Source of the DNA: a virus
Virus record (IMG/VR): IMGVR_UViG_3300025030_000012
Strand: one strand, 5' to 3'
DNA length: 64,000 nt
The notes beneath the pieces are model-generated. The model saw only the letters and a list, made by a program, of their open reading frames with translations, did not search any database and was not told the DNA's origin. Positions 10,407 to 18,799 of this stretch are shown piece by piece. The stretch's first letter is position 1. Each line of letters begins with the position of its first letter. The position numbers and the translations under genes were made by a program.

Positions 10407-10739
10407 TCAGTCCGCCACGCGCCGTATTTCTTCGCGCTTTTCTTCGATTTGGAACGCCTGCTTATAGACGCCCCTGTCGAGTACCACGGCTGAATGTTCT
10501 TCATGCATCAGGGCGGTTTTTTCCAGTACCTGCAAAAACCGTTCGGCCTTCAAGTCGAAGTAACGTGCTGGTATCGTTTTCCCCTCCTGCACCTTAACTG
10601 TATGCGCGTGCCCGGTGACTTCGCCATGTGCGAGGACAATGCGATCCGGCGGGGTGATGTCGGTTACTCCATTCGGCAGCGACGCGACTTTGGCCAACAG
10701 TACGTCGCCTTGCCTGTAAATTACTTTTCTCTTCATCAT
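10407..10739 (-). CDS. Conserved His-rich small protein (partner of DUF6745-like gene)
   Basis: YRQGDVLL...LAHGEVTGHAH...HEEH. Confidence 0.7.
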   Translation of the reverse strand: MMKRKVIYRQGDVLLAKVASLPNGVTDITPPDRIVLAHGEVTGHAHTVKVQEGKTIPARYFDLKAERFLQVLEKTALMHEEHSAVVLDRGVYKQAFQIEEKREEIRRVAD

Positions 10740-10758
10740 TGTATTACTCCTAAAATGA

Positions 10759-11826
10759 TCAGAACGGTTGCTTGCAGTATGCGGCGACCGCGTTAAAGGA
10801 AAATGCCGGCGCTTCTTCCAACGACTTCCATCCGAACCTCGCACGCACGTCAGTCATCGTCAGCGCCGCCCCTTCCAGCCGCTTGTTGAGAATGGTGATC
10901 TGTTGCGGCGTGAGCCGTGGACCACCGTCGTCAACGAACGGCGGTTTCTCGCCGCGCTCGACTTCGATCGGCGGTTCGTCATCGCCACCAGTTTCCTTCA
11001 AAACGCTTGGCGTGTTTATAGCGTGCGTTCCCGCAGTCGAAGAATGACCATTCGGATTTCCGCCAATCTTCCCAGTAGAACCTTGCGCCGTCGGTTCTAC
11101 TGGAATCGTAGGGTCCGGTTCCGCCCCAGCAGGACTGGAGCCGGCCGATGAAACCGGGTCGGGTCGCTGTGACTCGACGACCTGCGGGGCGGAAGTGGTT
11201 GGCGGATCACCGACCCGCTTTGGTTGTTCAACGAATTCCGCGCTCCCGGCAACCTCTTTCTCAGGCGGGTAGTCCTGAAGTTCCTCGGCCCCCTTCATGC
11301 CGCGCAGCAGGTCGGCGGCGGCGTCTCGGGCGGCGAACCAGAAGGCACGCCACGCCATTTGGCGCCATGGGTAGGTCTTCCACGGGCCTTCCTTGCCCCA
11401 TAGGTTCGCGGTCTTGGCGTTGTCGATTGAGAAGGTGCGCTCCACCGGAGGGCGCCCTGGGCGGGTGATCTTGCACCGCGCGCGCCCGTTCTTCTGGACG
11501 ACCTCGGTGTCGTCCTCGTCGATGACGCAACCGGCTTGCAGCAACAGAGCCTTGCCGATGTCGCCGTAGATCCCTGGCTTGCCGTTGATGACGGCGATGT
11601 TCTGGATCGCTTGCAGCGCCGGCAGGCCGATCTCGGCGCCCATCTGCATCGCAACGAAACAGGCTTCCGGCTTGTCGGCGTAGGCTTTGGGGACCATACC
11701 GGACCCCGCGAAGGCGCTCGCCATGCGGTAGGCTTCCTCGAAGTTGGTCGCCACCAGACCGCCTTGTGGGCGGAATTCGACCGGGGGCCGGTAGGCGGCA
11801 ACCTTCGTGTCTTTATCTTCGCTCAT
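10759..11826 (-). CDS. RecT/Redbeta-like single-strand annealing recombinase
   Basis: GMVPKAY...GAEIGLPALQAIQNIAVINGKP...PWKTYPWRQMAWRA...GMKGAEE; acidic disordered tail; co-located with the exonuclease. Confidence 0.8.
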   Translation of the reverse strand: MSEDKDTKVAAYRPPVEFRPQGGLVATNFEEAYRMASAFAGSGMVPKAYADKPEACFVAMQMGAEIGLPALQAIQNIAVINGKPGIYGDIGKALLLQAGCVIDEDDTEVVQKNGRARCKITRPGRPPVERTFSIDNAKTANLWGKEGPWKTYPWRQMAWRAFWFAARDAAADLLRGMKGAEELQDYPPEKEVAGSAEFVEQPKRVGDPPTTSAPQVVESQRPDPVSSAGSSPAGAEPDPTIPVEPTAQGSTGKIGGNPNGHSSTAGTHAINTPSVLKETGGDDEPPIEVERGEKPPFVDDGGPRLTPQQITILNKRLEGAALTMTDVRARFGWKSLEEAPAFSFNAVAAYCKQPF

Positions 11827-11890
11827 CGTGCTCTCCTATTGTGCGGTGATGATCGGGTTCCGTGCGTGGAAAATCTGCGTCTCGAGTATA

Positions 11891-13216
11891 TTAAGCGGCA
11901 CAGGCGTCCTGGCTCTCACTTGCGCGCACGTACTCTATGACGCTCTCACTCCATCCGTCGATGTGATGCCATGCACCGTAGCCGACACCGTTCTTGTTGC
12001 TGGCGACGTTGATGCAGTACGCCTTACCGCGCGGCGCACAGATGCCGTCAGCACTTTGCTCGTCGGTGATGACAACGATGCGGTCATAGACGTTCTGAGG
12101 ATTGTCGTGAATTGCCTTCAGCGTAGCGGCAAGATACGTTCCTTGATGGGGTTGGCTTGCCACGACGGCATCGCGCAGCGCAAAGCCACGGCGTGGCGGC
12201 ACTTGCACAAGCGTGTTTGAGAATGTCACCACCAAGACCTCCTCGCAGACTTCGCGCAGCAACATCGCTACACCGCAAGCAGCATCGACCCGTTGCAGAT
12301 CGGACTTGCTGGAAATTGGGTGATCCATAGAACCAGACACATCCACGAGCAGCACGGTCTTGCCTGTCAACATTTCTTGTGTTCCGGCGCATTGCAGCAT
12401 CAGCGGTTCAAGGATAGGCTCGAGTTGTGGCATCACTCGCGCAGCCGCGATGAAGCGGAATGGAAGGACGCGCTCGACATTGAGCGTACCTGCATAGCCG
12501 GCAAGCGTTGCATCGCTGACTCCGGCTTGCTTCATGTTGCGAAGGTTGCGCAGAAAAGCCAGCGCTCCAAGCTGCTTCTCCGCCATCAGCCGTTCGAAGG
12601 TGGCTTTCTTGTCGGCACCACCAGACAGCGCGACTTCCCATGTATCCGGCGTGACGAGCTTACCGTCGATCAGACGCTTCCATAGCGCCTCACGTTCGGG
12701 TGTGTCCGGCTTGGCGTGGCACAGAAACAGCGCATCGCGCAATTTCACCGCGCCGTCGCGGTTGTACTTGGCAAGGGCGTACTCGTTGAACTTGAGGAAC
12801 GCCGCAGCGAGCCCGAGCTTGACTTGCTTCGAAACCTTTTCCCGACCTGACTTCCAGTACAGCGCGAGGAACTCGGTTATCTCATCTGCGCGTTGAATAA
12901 CATCAGGCAAGAGCTTCCCGACCAGCGCCTTGTGCTGCGGCAACCGCGCCATTTCACGCACCAGCAACAGCGGAACGTGGCGCAGTTTCATTTTGGTACG
13001 CGCTTCGAAGGCGCAGGCCGCGACGAACTCTGGGCGGCAAAGCGGAATCAGGGAGGCGATGCGCTTGGCGATATCCTCGCCGGATTCGTAGAAGGAATCC
13101 TCCCAAAGAAGGCAGGCTGCGACCGAGCGGCGCAACTGCTGTTCTGGCGTGGTTCGCGCCGCCTGCGCGCCTTCATGGGTTTTCTCGGTGAACTTCTGAG
13201 CTACGTTGACTTTCAT
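11891..13216 (-). CDS. rsr: Ro60/TROVE-domain RNA-binding protein with C-terminal vWA domain
   Basis: TROVE-type LRRSVAACLLWEDSFY...EARTKMKLRHVPL...TWE...ALLR-like AFLRNLRNM; vWA MIDAS LLVDVSGSM and ITDEQ; SD AAAGGAG before ATG at 13216. Confidence 0.93.
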   Translation of the reverse strand: MKVNVAQKFTEKTHEGAQAARTTPEQQLRRSVAACLLWEDSFYESGEDIAKRIASLIPLCRPEFVAACAFEARTKMKLRHVPLLLVREMARLPQHKALVGKLLPDVIQRADEITEFLALYWKSGREKVSKQVKLGLAAAFLKFNEYALAKYNRDGAVKLRDALFLCHAKPDTPEREALWKRLIDGKLVTPDTWEVALSGGADKKATFERLMAEKQLGALAFLRNLRNMKQAGVSDATLAGYAGTLNVERVLPFRFIAAARVMPQLEPILEPLMLQCAGTQEMLTGKTVLLVDVSGSMDHPISSKSDLQRVDAACGVAMLLREVCEEVLVVTFSNTLVQVPPRRGFALRDAVVASQPHQGTYLAATLKAIHDNPQNVYDRIVVITDEQSADGICAPRGKAYCINVASNKNGVGYGAWHHIDGWSESVIEYVRASESQDACAA

Positions 13217-13245
13217 TTCGCCACTCCTTTGAGGGTTAAACTGCA

Positions 13246-13336
13246 TCGGGGAACGGGCTCGCGCGGGTAGCTGGGTTCGATCCCAGCAAAGGCCGAAGCC
13301 CTCTTAACCAGAAGTAACCGCACAATTCACCACCGA
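13246..13336 (-). ncRNA. Y RNA-like ncRNA 3 (YrlA-like tRNA mimic)
   Basis: UCGG/CCGA closing stem, GGUGAA...CCGUUCC motif, 8-bp UUGUGCGG/CCGCGCGA stem, UUCG hairpin and T-arm-like GCUGGG-AUCGAA-CCCAGC. Confidence 0.75.
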
Positions 13337-13343
13337 ATAATGC

Positions 13344-13434
13344 TTGCGGGAACAATCAACTACCGTTTTGTCGTGCGCTGCCTTTCGGCCCGCTTCCGTT
13401 CTCCAATGAAGGAACGGTAATCTTCGCCACGCAA
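13344..13434 (-). ncRNA. Y RNA-like ncRNA 2
   Basis: UUGCG/CGCAA closing stem, GGCGAAG...UUGUUCC motif, AUUACCGUU/AACGGUAGU stem, internal GCC-GAAA-GGC hairpin. Confidence 0.7.
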
Positions 13435-13441
13435 AATCTTT

Positions 13442-13506
13442 GGTTGGGAACAAGCAGCAGCAGGGAGTCAACTTAGAAGGATGAACCTGCTGCCTTCGCC
13501 ACAACC
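13442..13506 (-). ncRNA. Y RNA-like ncRNA 1 (minimal, 65 nt)
   Basis: GGUUG/CAACC closing stem, GGCGAAG...CUUGUUCC motif, GCAGCAGG/CCUGCUGC stem with a pyrimidine-rich loop. Confidence 0.7.
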
Positions 13507-13514
13507 TTGAGTTG

Positions 13515-13543
13515 ACTATAATGATACAAAATCCTCATGTCAA
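13515..13543 (-). promoter_or_regulatory. Sigma70 promoter of the Y RNA-Ro60 operon
   Basis: TTGACA-17 bp-TATAGT; the predicted start site falls at the 5' end of Y RNA 1. Confidence 0.85.
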
Positions 13544-13573
13544 GACCTTAACCAAAATATATTTACGTACCGC

Positions 13574-13604
13574 TTGACAAACCCTAGACAATTTAGCGTA
13601 GAAT
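13574..13604 (+). promoter_or_regulatory. Divergent rightward sigma70-like promoter
   Basis: TTGACA...TAGAAT with a long 19-bp spacer; ATG follows 8 nt after the -10. Confidence 0.5.
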
Positions 13605-13612
13605 TGCTCGCC

Positions 13613-13762
13613 ATGACCTATAAACAGGCGATGTACCACTTCCGCAGGCGCCGCCTGAAGATCAAGGCGCTGCTGGCGAAAGGGCTCACGCCGGCAACGG
13701 TAGCGCGGCGCATTGGGATCTCGCGACAGCGTGTCCACCAGATTTCCAAAGGCCGCACATGA
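13613..13762 (+). CDS. Cro-like HTH protein (49 aa)
   Basis: GLTPATVARRIGISRQRVHQI helix-turn-helix; first gene of the rightward operon. Confidence 0.75.
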   Translation: MTYKQAMYHFRRRRLKIKALLAKGLTPATVARRIGISRQRVHQISKGRT

Positions 13763-14325
13763 AGCCGACCAAGACGCTGCTGCAGGCAATAGCGGTGACC
13801 GTCGAACTCACCGGCACGTCGCTGAGTGAAGATGCCGCGCGCGTCATGGCGCAAGACCTCGCCCGCTATCCAGAAAATCAGGTGCTGCCGGCGCTCACCC
13901 GCTGCCGGCGCGAGATCCGAACCAGGTTGACGGTGGCCGATGTTGTCGCACGCTTGGATGACGGACGCCCAGGCCCGGAACAGGCATGGGCAATGGTCCC
14001 GCGCGACGAGGCGCAGTCCGTGGTCTGGACCGAGGAAATGGCTCAAGCCTACGGCGCCGCTGTCCCACTGATCTTTGAAGGTGACCTCGTCGCCGCGCGC
14101 ATGGCGTTCCTCGAGACCTACCGCAAGTTGGTGCTCGATGCGCGCGACCGCGGCGAGCAGCCGAAGTGGACCCCGAGCCTCGGGACCGATCCATGGGGCC
14201 GCGATGCTGCCATTCTTGCGGCGCAACAACTCGGGCGCCTGACAGCGGCACACATCGACCTACTCCTGGCGCACCGCGAGCAGCCTGCGCTGGCCGTCCT
14301 CAAAGCCATCGAAAAGAAGGAGTAG
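13759..14325 (+). CDS. Putative helicase loader (lambda P-like role)
   Basis: ALTRCRRE...LTVADVV...RPGPEQAW...VAARMAFLETY pattern; adjacent to the replication initiator. Confidence 0.55.
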   Translation: MKPTKTLLQAIAVTVELTGTSLSEDAARVMAQDLARYPENQVLPALTRCRREIRTRLTVADVVARLDDGRPGPEQAWAMVPRDEAQSVVWTEEMAQAYGAAVPLIFEGDLVAARMAFLETYRKLVLDARDRGEQPKWTPSLGTDPWGRDAAILAAQQLGRLTAAHIDLLLAHREQPALAVLKAIEKKE

Positions 14326-14328
14326 CCG

Positions 14329-15330
14329 GTGCCCACAAGAATCCTCCGGGAAGGGATACTGACATCCGATCGCGTCGACCAATTAAGTGAGGCCGCAGAG
14401 CTTTTTTACCGTCGCCTCATGTCCAGGGTTGATGACCACGGAATTCACGACGCAAGACCTTCAATTCTATTGGCCTCCTTGTATCCACTGCGCATCGATC
14501 GTGTAACCGTTATCAACTGTACACAGATGCTTACTGAATGTGTAACAGTTAAGTTATTGTATTTATTTGAGTTCGAGTCAAAGCCCTACCTTCAAATGCT
14601 CGACACTAACTGGCAACATCGGTCTATTCCTAGGTACGGGATACCGGCAAACATTCTTCCGTATAAGAGTTCGTGTACATCCGTGAGCAACGGTGTACTT
14701 AAGTCGTATACGGAGACGAGTACGCAGTCGTGTACGGAGTCGAGGGCGGAGGCGGAGTCGGGCGCGGAGTCGAGTAGTAAACCAAGCAACGTCAAAACAT
14801 CCTCAAGCCTCAATCCGTTAGCATCCGTGAGCAAGCGCGCACGGACCAAAGTCAAAAGCACTGCGACTGGGTCTTCGACGCCAGCCGCGGGAGAACCCAA
14901 AGCGGCACCACCGCAAAAACAAGAACCAGCAGGCAACGCAAAAGCGAACGCCGAAACCTGGGCAGCCTACGCAAACGCCTACGAAGAACGCTACGACGTT
15001 CCACCTGTTCGAAACGCGAAGTCGAATGCGATCGTCGACCAGCTCGTAAAACGCCTTGGGGCTAGTGAGGCGCCCGCTGTGGCCGCGTTCTACTGCCGGG
15101 TGGCAAAGTGGTCCTACGTCGAGGCCAAACACCCCCTGACGCTGCTTCTGCGTGATGCAGAGGGTATCCGGACCGAGTGGGTCACCAACCGCCCGGGCAC
15201 CAGGACCGAAGCGCAAGCCGCTGACCGCAAGCAGGCAAACACCAACACCTTCAGGAAGATGATTGAGGAGGCCGAGCAGCAGGAGGGCGGTGGTGGAATT
15301 CCACCTGCCGACCTGGCTCGTCATGATTGA
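14329..15330 (+). CDS. Phage replication initiator (O-like)
   Basis: RILREGILTSDRVDQLSEAAELFYRRLMSRVDDHG N-terminal domain, Ser/Thr/Glu linker, C-terminal helical domain. Confidence 0.7.
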   Translation: MPTRILREGILTSDRVDQLSEAAELFYRRLMSRVDDHGIHDARPSILLASLYPLRIDRVTVINCTQMLTECVTVKLLYLFEFESKPYLQMLDTNWQHRSIPRYGIPANILPYKSSCTSVSNGVLKSYTETSTQSCTESRAEAESGAESSSKPSNVKTSSSLNPLASVSKRARTKVKSTATGSSTPAAGEPKAAPPQKQEPAGNAKANAETWAAYANAYEERYDVPPVRNAKSNAIVDQLVKRLGASEAPAVAAFYCRVAKWSYVEAKHPLTLLLRDAEGIRTEWVTNRPGTRTEAQAADRKQANTNTFRKMIEEAEQQEGGGGIPPADLARHD

Positions 15331-15362
15331 CAACGCAATTCAACCAACCGCAAGGAGAAAAT

Positions 15363-15620
15363 ATGAAAAAGATCGTGAATGATGTTGCTGGCGAAGGACT
15401 CGAAAAGCTGCTTGGTGAGCGCGTGACGCTGTTCTGCGCCAATTACATCTACACCGGCGTCTTGACGGGCGTCAACGAATCCTGTGTGCTGCTGACACAA
15501 GCCGCGGTGGTCTATGAAACCGGCCCGTTCGGTGACAAGAAGTGGAAAGACGCGCAAGACCTGCCAGACGAATGGTACGTGCAGATCCACGCAATTGAGA
15601 GCTTCGGTCGTCTGAAATGA
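15363..15620 (+). CDS. Small beta-rich protein, possible Sm/LSm-like fold
   Basis: LGERVTLFCANYIYTGVLTGVNESCVLLTQA resembles the Sm1 motif; SD AAGGAG. Confidence 0.45.
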   Translation: MKKIVNDVAGEGLEKLLGERVTLFCANYIYTGVLTGVNESCVLLTQAAVVYETGPFGDKKWKDAQDLPDEWYVQIHAIESFGRLK

Positions 15621-15874
15621 ACCTGAACGTACAACGACGCCTCTTTAAGTGCCGGTCGGGGTCGCGGTCGCGGTCGGGGTCGTGGTCGTGGTCGCGGTCG
15701 CGGTCGCGGTCGCGGTCGTGGTCGGGGTCGGGGTCGTGGTCGTGGTCGGGGTCGTGGTCGTGGTCGGGGTCGTGGTCGCGGTCGTGGTCGGGGTCGGGGT
15801 CGTGGTCGTGGTCGGGGTCGGGGTCGTGGTCGGGGTCGGGGTCGCGGTCGTGGTCGGGGTCGGGGTCTGTCTGA
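15617..15874 (+). CDS. Ser-(Arg/Trp/Gly) dipeptide-repeat protein
   Basis: ATGA-coupled to the upstream gene; RSGSRSRSGSWSWSRS... Confidence 0.6.
   Translation: MNLNVQRRLFKCRSGSRSRSGSWSWSRSRSRSRSWSGSGSWSWSGSWSWSGSWSRSWSGSGSWSWSGSGSWSGSGSRSWSGSGSV
15653..15867. repeat. 6-bp tandem repeat (NGGTCG)n, N = C/G/T, about 36 units
   Basis: Directly visible. Confidence 0.95.
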
Positions 15875-16245
15875 CGATGGGAATCGTGACGTACCCCTAC
15901 CCGGAAACTCCTGCCGAACGCAAGGAACGCGAGAAGGACGGAAAGCCGATGCGCTTTTTCAGTTTCACCGTAGTTGGAACTGACGCCGATGATCGTGATG
16001 AATCGGCCGTCGCGCGTGGACTCGAAGCGGTGAAAAAGATTTTAGCGAAAGGAAAACCGAAATGAAAATTGTCGCCGGCATGCGAGTGAAACTTCCGAGC
16101 GGAAGAACCGGAGTCGTGAAGACACCGGACTTTAATGGCCGGGCTGTGGTCCGGTATGAAATGAATGATGATGGGTTACCGCTCAAAGAGTGGATGCGCG
16201 ACAACGAGGTTGTGATTCATCGGGAATTGTTGACTGAGGTCTGAG

Positions 16246-16668
16246 ATGTCGGTGATTCGCATGACACCTGAGCGATACGCAGAGATTCTGGCGCGAAACA
16301 GCGGTGGATCTCGCAAGCTGACCGGAAAGGCTGCGATGCAGGCCCTCGGGCGGCTTCCGGTTGGAACAATGAATAAAACAGAACGTCAATATTCCGAGTA
16401 TTTGGGTGATTTGGTGTACTCGGGGGAAGTTCTCTGGTGGCGCTTCGAGGGGTTGAAGTTGCGCCTTGCTGACAATACGTTTTATACGCCGGATTTTGCA
16501 GTTCTCGCCAAAGATTTTGTGATGGAATGTCAGGAGGTCAAAGGTCACTGGCACGATGACGCGCGGGTGAAGATCAAGGTCGCTGCGGCCATGTATCCGT
16601 TCCGATTTATGGCGGTCCAGGCAGTAGCGGCGAAGAATGGCGGCGGTTGGAAGACCGAGGAGTTTTAA
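16246..16668 (+). CDS. PD-(D/E)XK nuclease (DUF1064-like, possible resolvase)
   Basis: MNKTE...YTPDF...EVKG motif. Confidence 0.7.
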   Translation: MSVIRMTPERYAEILARNSGGSRKLTGKAAMQALGRLPVGTMNKTERQYSEYLGDLVYSGEVLWWRFEGLKLRLADNTFYTPDFAVLAKDFVMECQEVKGHWHDDARVKIKVAAAMYPFRFMAVQAVAAKNGGGWKTEEF

Positions 16669-17149
16669 CGTGGACATCACGCTCGTTATGAATGGCGAAA
16701 TGAAACTCGAAGGCTTCAATCGAGCCGACAAGCGTGCCTACTCGCGTCTGCGAAAGATCATCAAGGAAATGGAGTGTGGCGAAATTCTTACGATGCGGTA
16801 CTGGTTCAAACGTGATGGCCGTTTTCACAGACTTCATCTAGGGCTTTTGCGCATGTTCTTCGAGAGCCAAGAGTTTTTTGACGACTTCGATAAGTTCCGT
16901 GACTGGTGTCACGTTGGAGCCGGCCACGTCTCATGGGTTCCAGGGAACGATGGTGTGATGGTTGCGGTAGTGAAGTCAATCAACTACGCCGAAGCTGACG
17001 ACGAACAGATGCACGCAATTCATGAAGCTGTGAAGGGATTCTTTCGTACCGACCGCGCCCAGGTGACGATGTGGCCCGGCCTTGATCCAAATATACGGTC
17101 GATTGGCGCCGAGGCGCTGGTGGGGCAATTTGAGAAGGAGGACTGGTGA
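16637..17149 (+). CDS. DUF1367/NinB-like recombination-associated protein (true start likely a few codons downstream)
   Basis: FHRLHLGLL...FRDWCHVGAGH...VKSINYAEADDEQMHAIH. Confidence 0.55.
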   Translation: MAAVGRPRSFNVDITLVMNGEMKLEGFNRADKRAYSRLRKIIKEMECGEILTMRYWFKRDGRFHRLHLGLLRMFFESQEFFDDFDKFRDWCHVGAGHVSWVPGNDGVMVAVVKSINYAEADDEQMHAIHEAVKGFFRTDRAQVTMWPGLDPNIRSIGAEALVGQFEKEDW

Positions 17150-17492
17150 AATGGATACATGGAGGGCCACATGGCCGACAGCAGCATGATTACACCTGAT
17201 TACATTCTGCAATTCATGGCCGCAGGATTTCCAGATGCTCCCGATTTGGCGCTGGCGCCATTCAATGAGAAGCACGCTATCGTAACAGCCACACAAACTA
17301 TTGTTGAACTGCGCGAAGAACTGCTGCAATGCCGGGCAAAGCTCGCGCTGGCCGCAGAAAGCGCGGCTGGTGACGAGGAATTGCGGGATGAACTGCTGGC
17401 GTCCTTGGAAGAAATCGTAGCGGAATGGGGATTTCCGAATACCCCGAAGTGGCATCGTGCCCGCGCCGCCATCGACAAGGTGAGAAGCAACC

Positions 17493-17876
17493 ATGTCTAG
17501 CTGCACAGCAGAATATTACCGAGAATATCGGAAACGTCGGTTGGCCGAGGGCAGACCAATACCGCACGCGCCAAGAATGTTACGAGAGGATGAACGTAAG
17601 TGGGAAGCAATTTACTACGCACGCCCTGCCGTAAAAGCCAAGCGTGCCGCACAGATGCGCGCCTATACCAAGAATCCCGCATTGCGCCTTAAACATGAGG
17701 CCCGCTGGAAAACACAACGGGCTATCGCCAGCGGTCGATTAATCAAGCAGCCGTGTTTTTGCGGGAATCAAAAGGCGCAAGCGCATCACGGTGATTACTC
17801 TAAACCACTTGATGTGCGTTGGTTATGTCTAAAGCACCACATCGAATGGCATACCAGTCATAAGGCTCTTCCATGA
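17493..17876 (+). CDS. HNH-like zinc-binding nuclease
   Basis: PCFCG...AHHGDYSKPLDVRWLCLKHH. Confidence 0.7.
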   Translation: MSSCTAEYYREYRKRRLAEGRPIPHAPRMLREDERKWEAIYYARPAVKAKRAAQMRAYTKNPALRLKHEARWKTQRAIASGRLIKQPCFCGNQKAQAHHGDYSKPLDVRWLCLKHHIEWHTSHKALP

Positions 17877-17944
17877 CTGACGAGCCCGACCCCGCTTCCA
17901 TCGCCGTGCTTGCGCTGGTGAGCGTTTAATTTTTCGGAGGATAA

Positions 17945-18799
17945 ATGAAGACCGGAATCAATAAGGCCATGCTCAAGAGGCTCGAAAATAATTGGATGAT
18001 CCGCACTGATAACGCGGGGGTATCGCATGATGGCTTTAAGTGGGCTCCCGTTGGCGAGTGGACAATTTGCCCACGCTGGAACGAGGACACGAAGGCTGAC
18101 TGCACTTCTGGCGGTCTATTCGGGCAAGGCCCTGGCGGTATGGGTTACGCGCAGAGTGGCACGCGCTTTGTGTTTTGCGAGATCAAAGGCAAACGCATCG
18201 TCGTTGACGGAAATAAGATCAAGACGGAGCACGCCCGAATTCTCTATGTTGGGCAGGACGCATTTAATGCATTGATCTTCGTTTGTCGTTGCAACTGGTG
18301 CGGCTCGCTCAATCTGAGCGGTTGCGACCTGAAGGACATCACGCTGCCGACCTCGGTGGGCGGCTCGCTCGATCTGAGCGGTTGCGACCTGAAGGGCATC
18401 ACGCTGCCGACCTCGGTGGGCGGCTGGCTCGATCTGAGAGGTTGCGACCTGAAGGGCATCACGCTGCCGACCTCGGTGGGCGGCTGGCTCGATCTGAGAG
18501 GTTGCGACCTGAAGGGCATCACGCTGCCGACCTCGGTGGGCGGCTCGCTCGATCTGAGCGGTTGCGACCTGAAGGGCATCACGCTGCCGACCTCGGTGGG
18601 CGGCTGGCTCGATCTGAGCGGTTGCGACCTGAAGGACATCACGCTGCCGACCTCGGTGGGCGGCTCGCTCGATCTGAGCGGTTGCGACCTGAAGGACATC
18701 ACGCTGCCGACCTCGGTGGGCGGCTCGCTCGATCTGAGCGGTTGCGACCTGAAGGACATCACGCTGCCTGACAATCTTAAAAACAAAGTAATTCGATGA
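17945..18799 (+). CDS. Leucine-rich-repeat protein
   Basis: Eight 20-aa units G(S/W)LDL(S/R)GCDLK(G/D)ITLPTSVG after a roughly 115-aa N-terminal domain. Confidence 0.85.
   Translation: MKTGINKAMLKRLENNWMIRTDNAGVSHDGFKWAPVGEWTICPRWNEDTKADCTSGGLFGQGPGGMGYAQSGTRFVFCEIKGKRIVVDGNKIKTEHARILYVGQDAFNALIFVCRCNWCGSLNLSGCDLKDITLPTSVGGSLDLSGCDLKGITLPTSVGGWLDLRGCDLKGITLPTSVGGWLDLRGCDLKGITLPTSVGGSLDLSGCDLKGITLPTSVGGWLDLSGCDLKDITLPTSVGGSLDLSGCDLKDITLPTSVGGSLDLSGCDLKDITLPDNLKNKVIR
18300..18768. repeat. 60-bp near-identical tandem repeat x8
   Basis: Successive 60-nt lines are almost identical; no unique spacers. Confidence 0.95.

Noticed and set aside
13270-13287. Plus-strand GGGTTCGATCCC as the T arm of a tRNA gene
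   Set aside because: No plus-strand cloverleaf around it; it is the palindromic T-like hairpin of the minus-strand Y RNA module.
15649-16065. Poly-Val 138-aa ORF
   Set aside because: An alternative reading of the 6-bp repeat fused to a separate small gene starting at 15877; the Ser-X frame has the coupled ATGA start.
18300-18768. Possible CRISPR array
   Set aside because: The 60-bp units are contiguous, in-frame LRR codons with no unique spacers and no cas genes.
9621-18768. Diversity-generating retroelement behind the variable repeats
   Set aside because: No reverse transcriptase or template/variable repeat pair with adenine-specific differences was seen.
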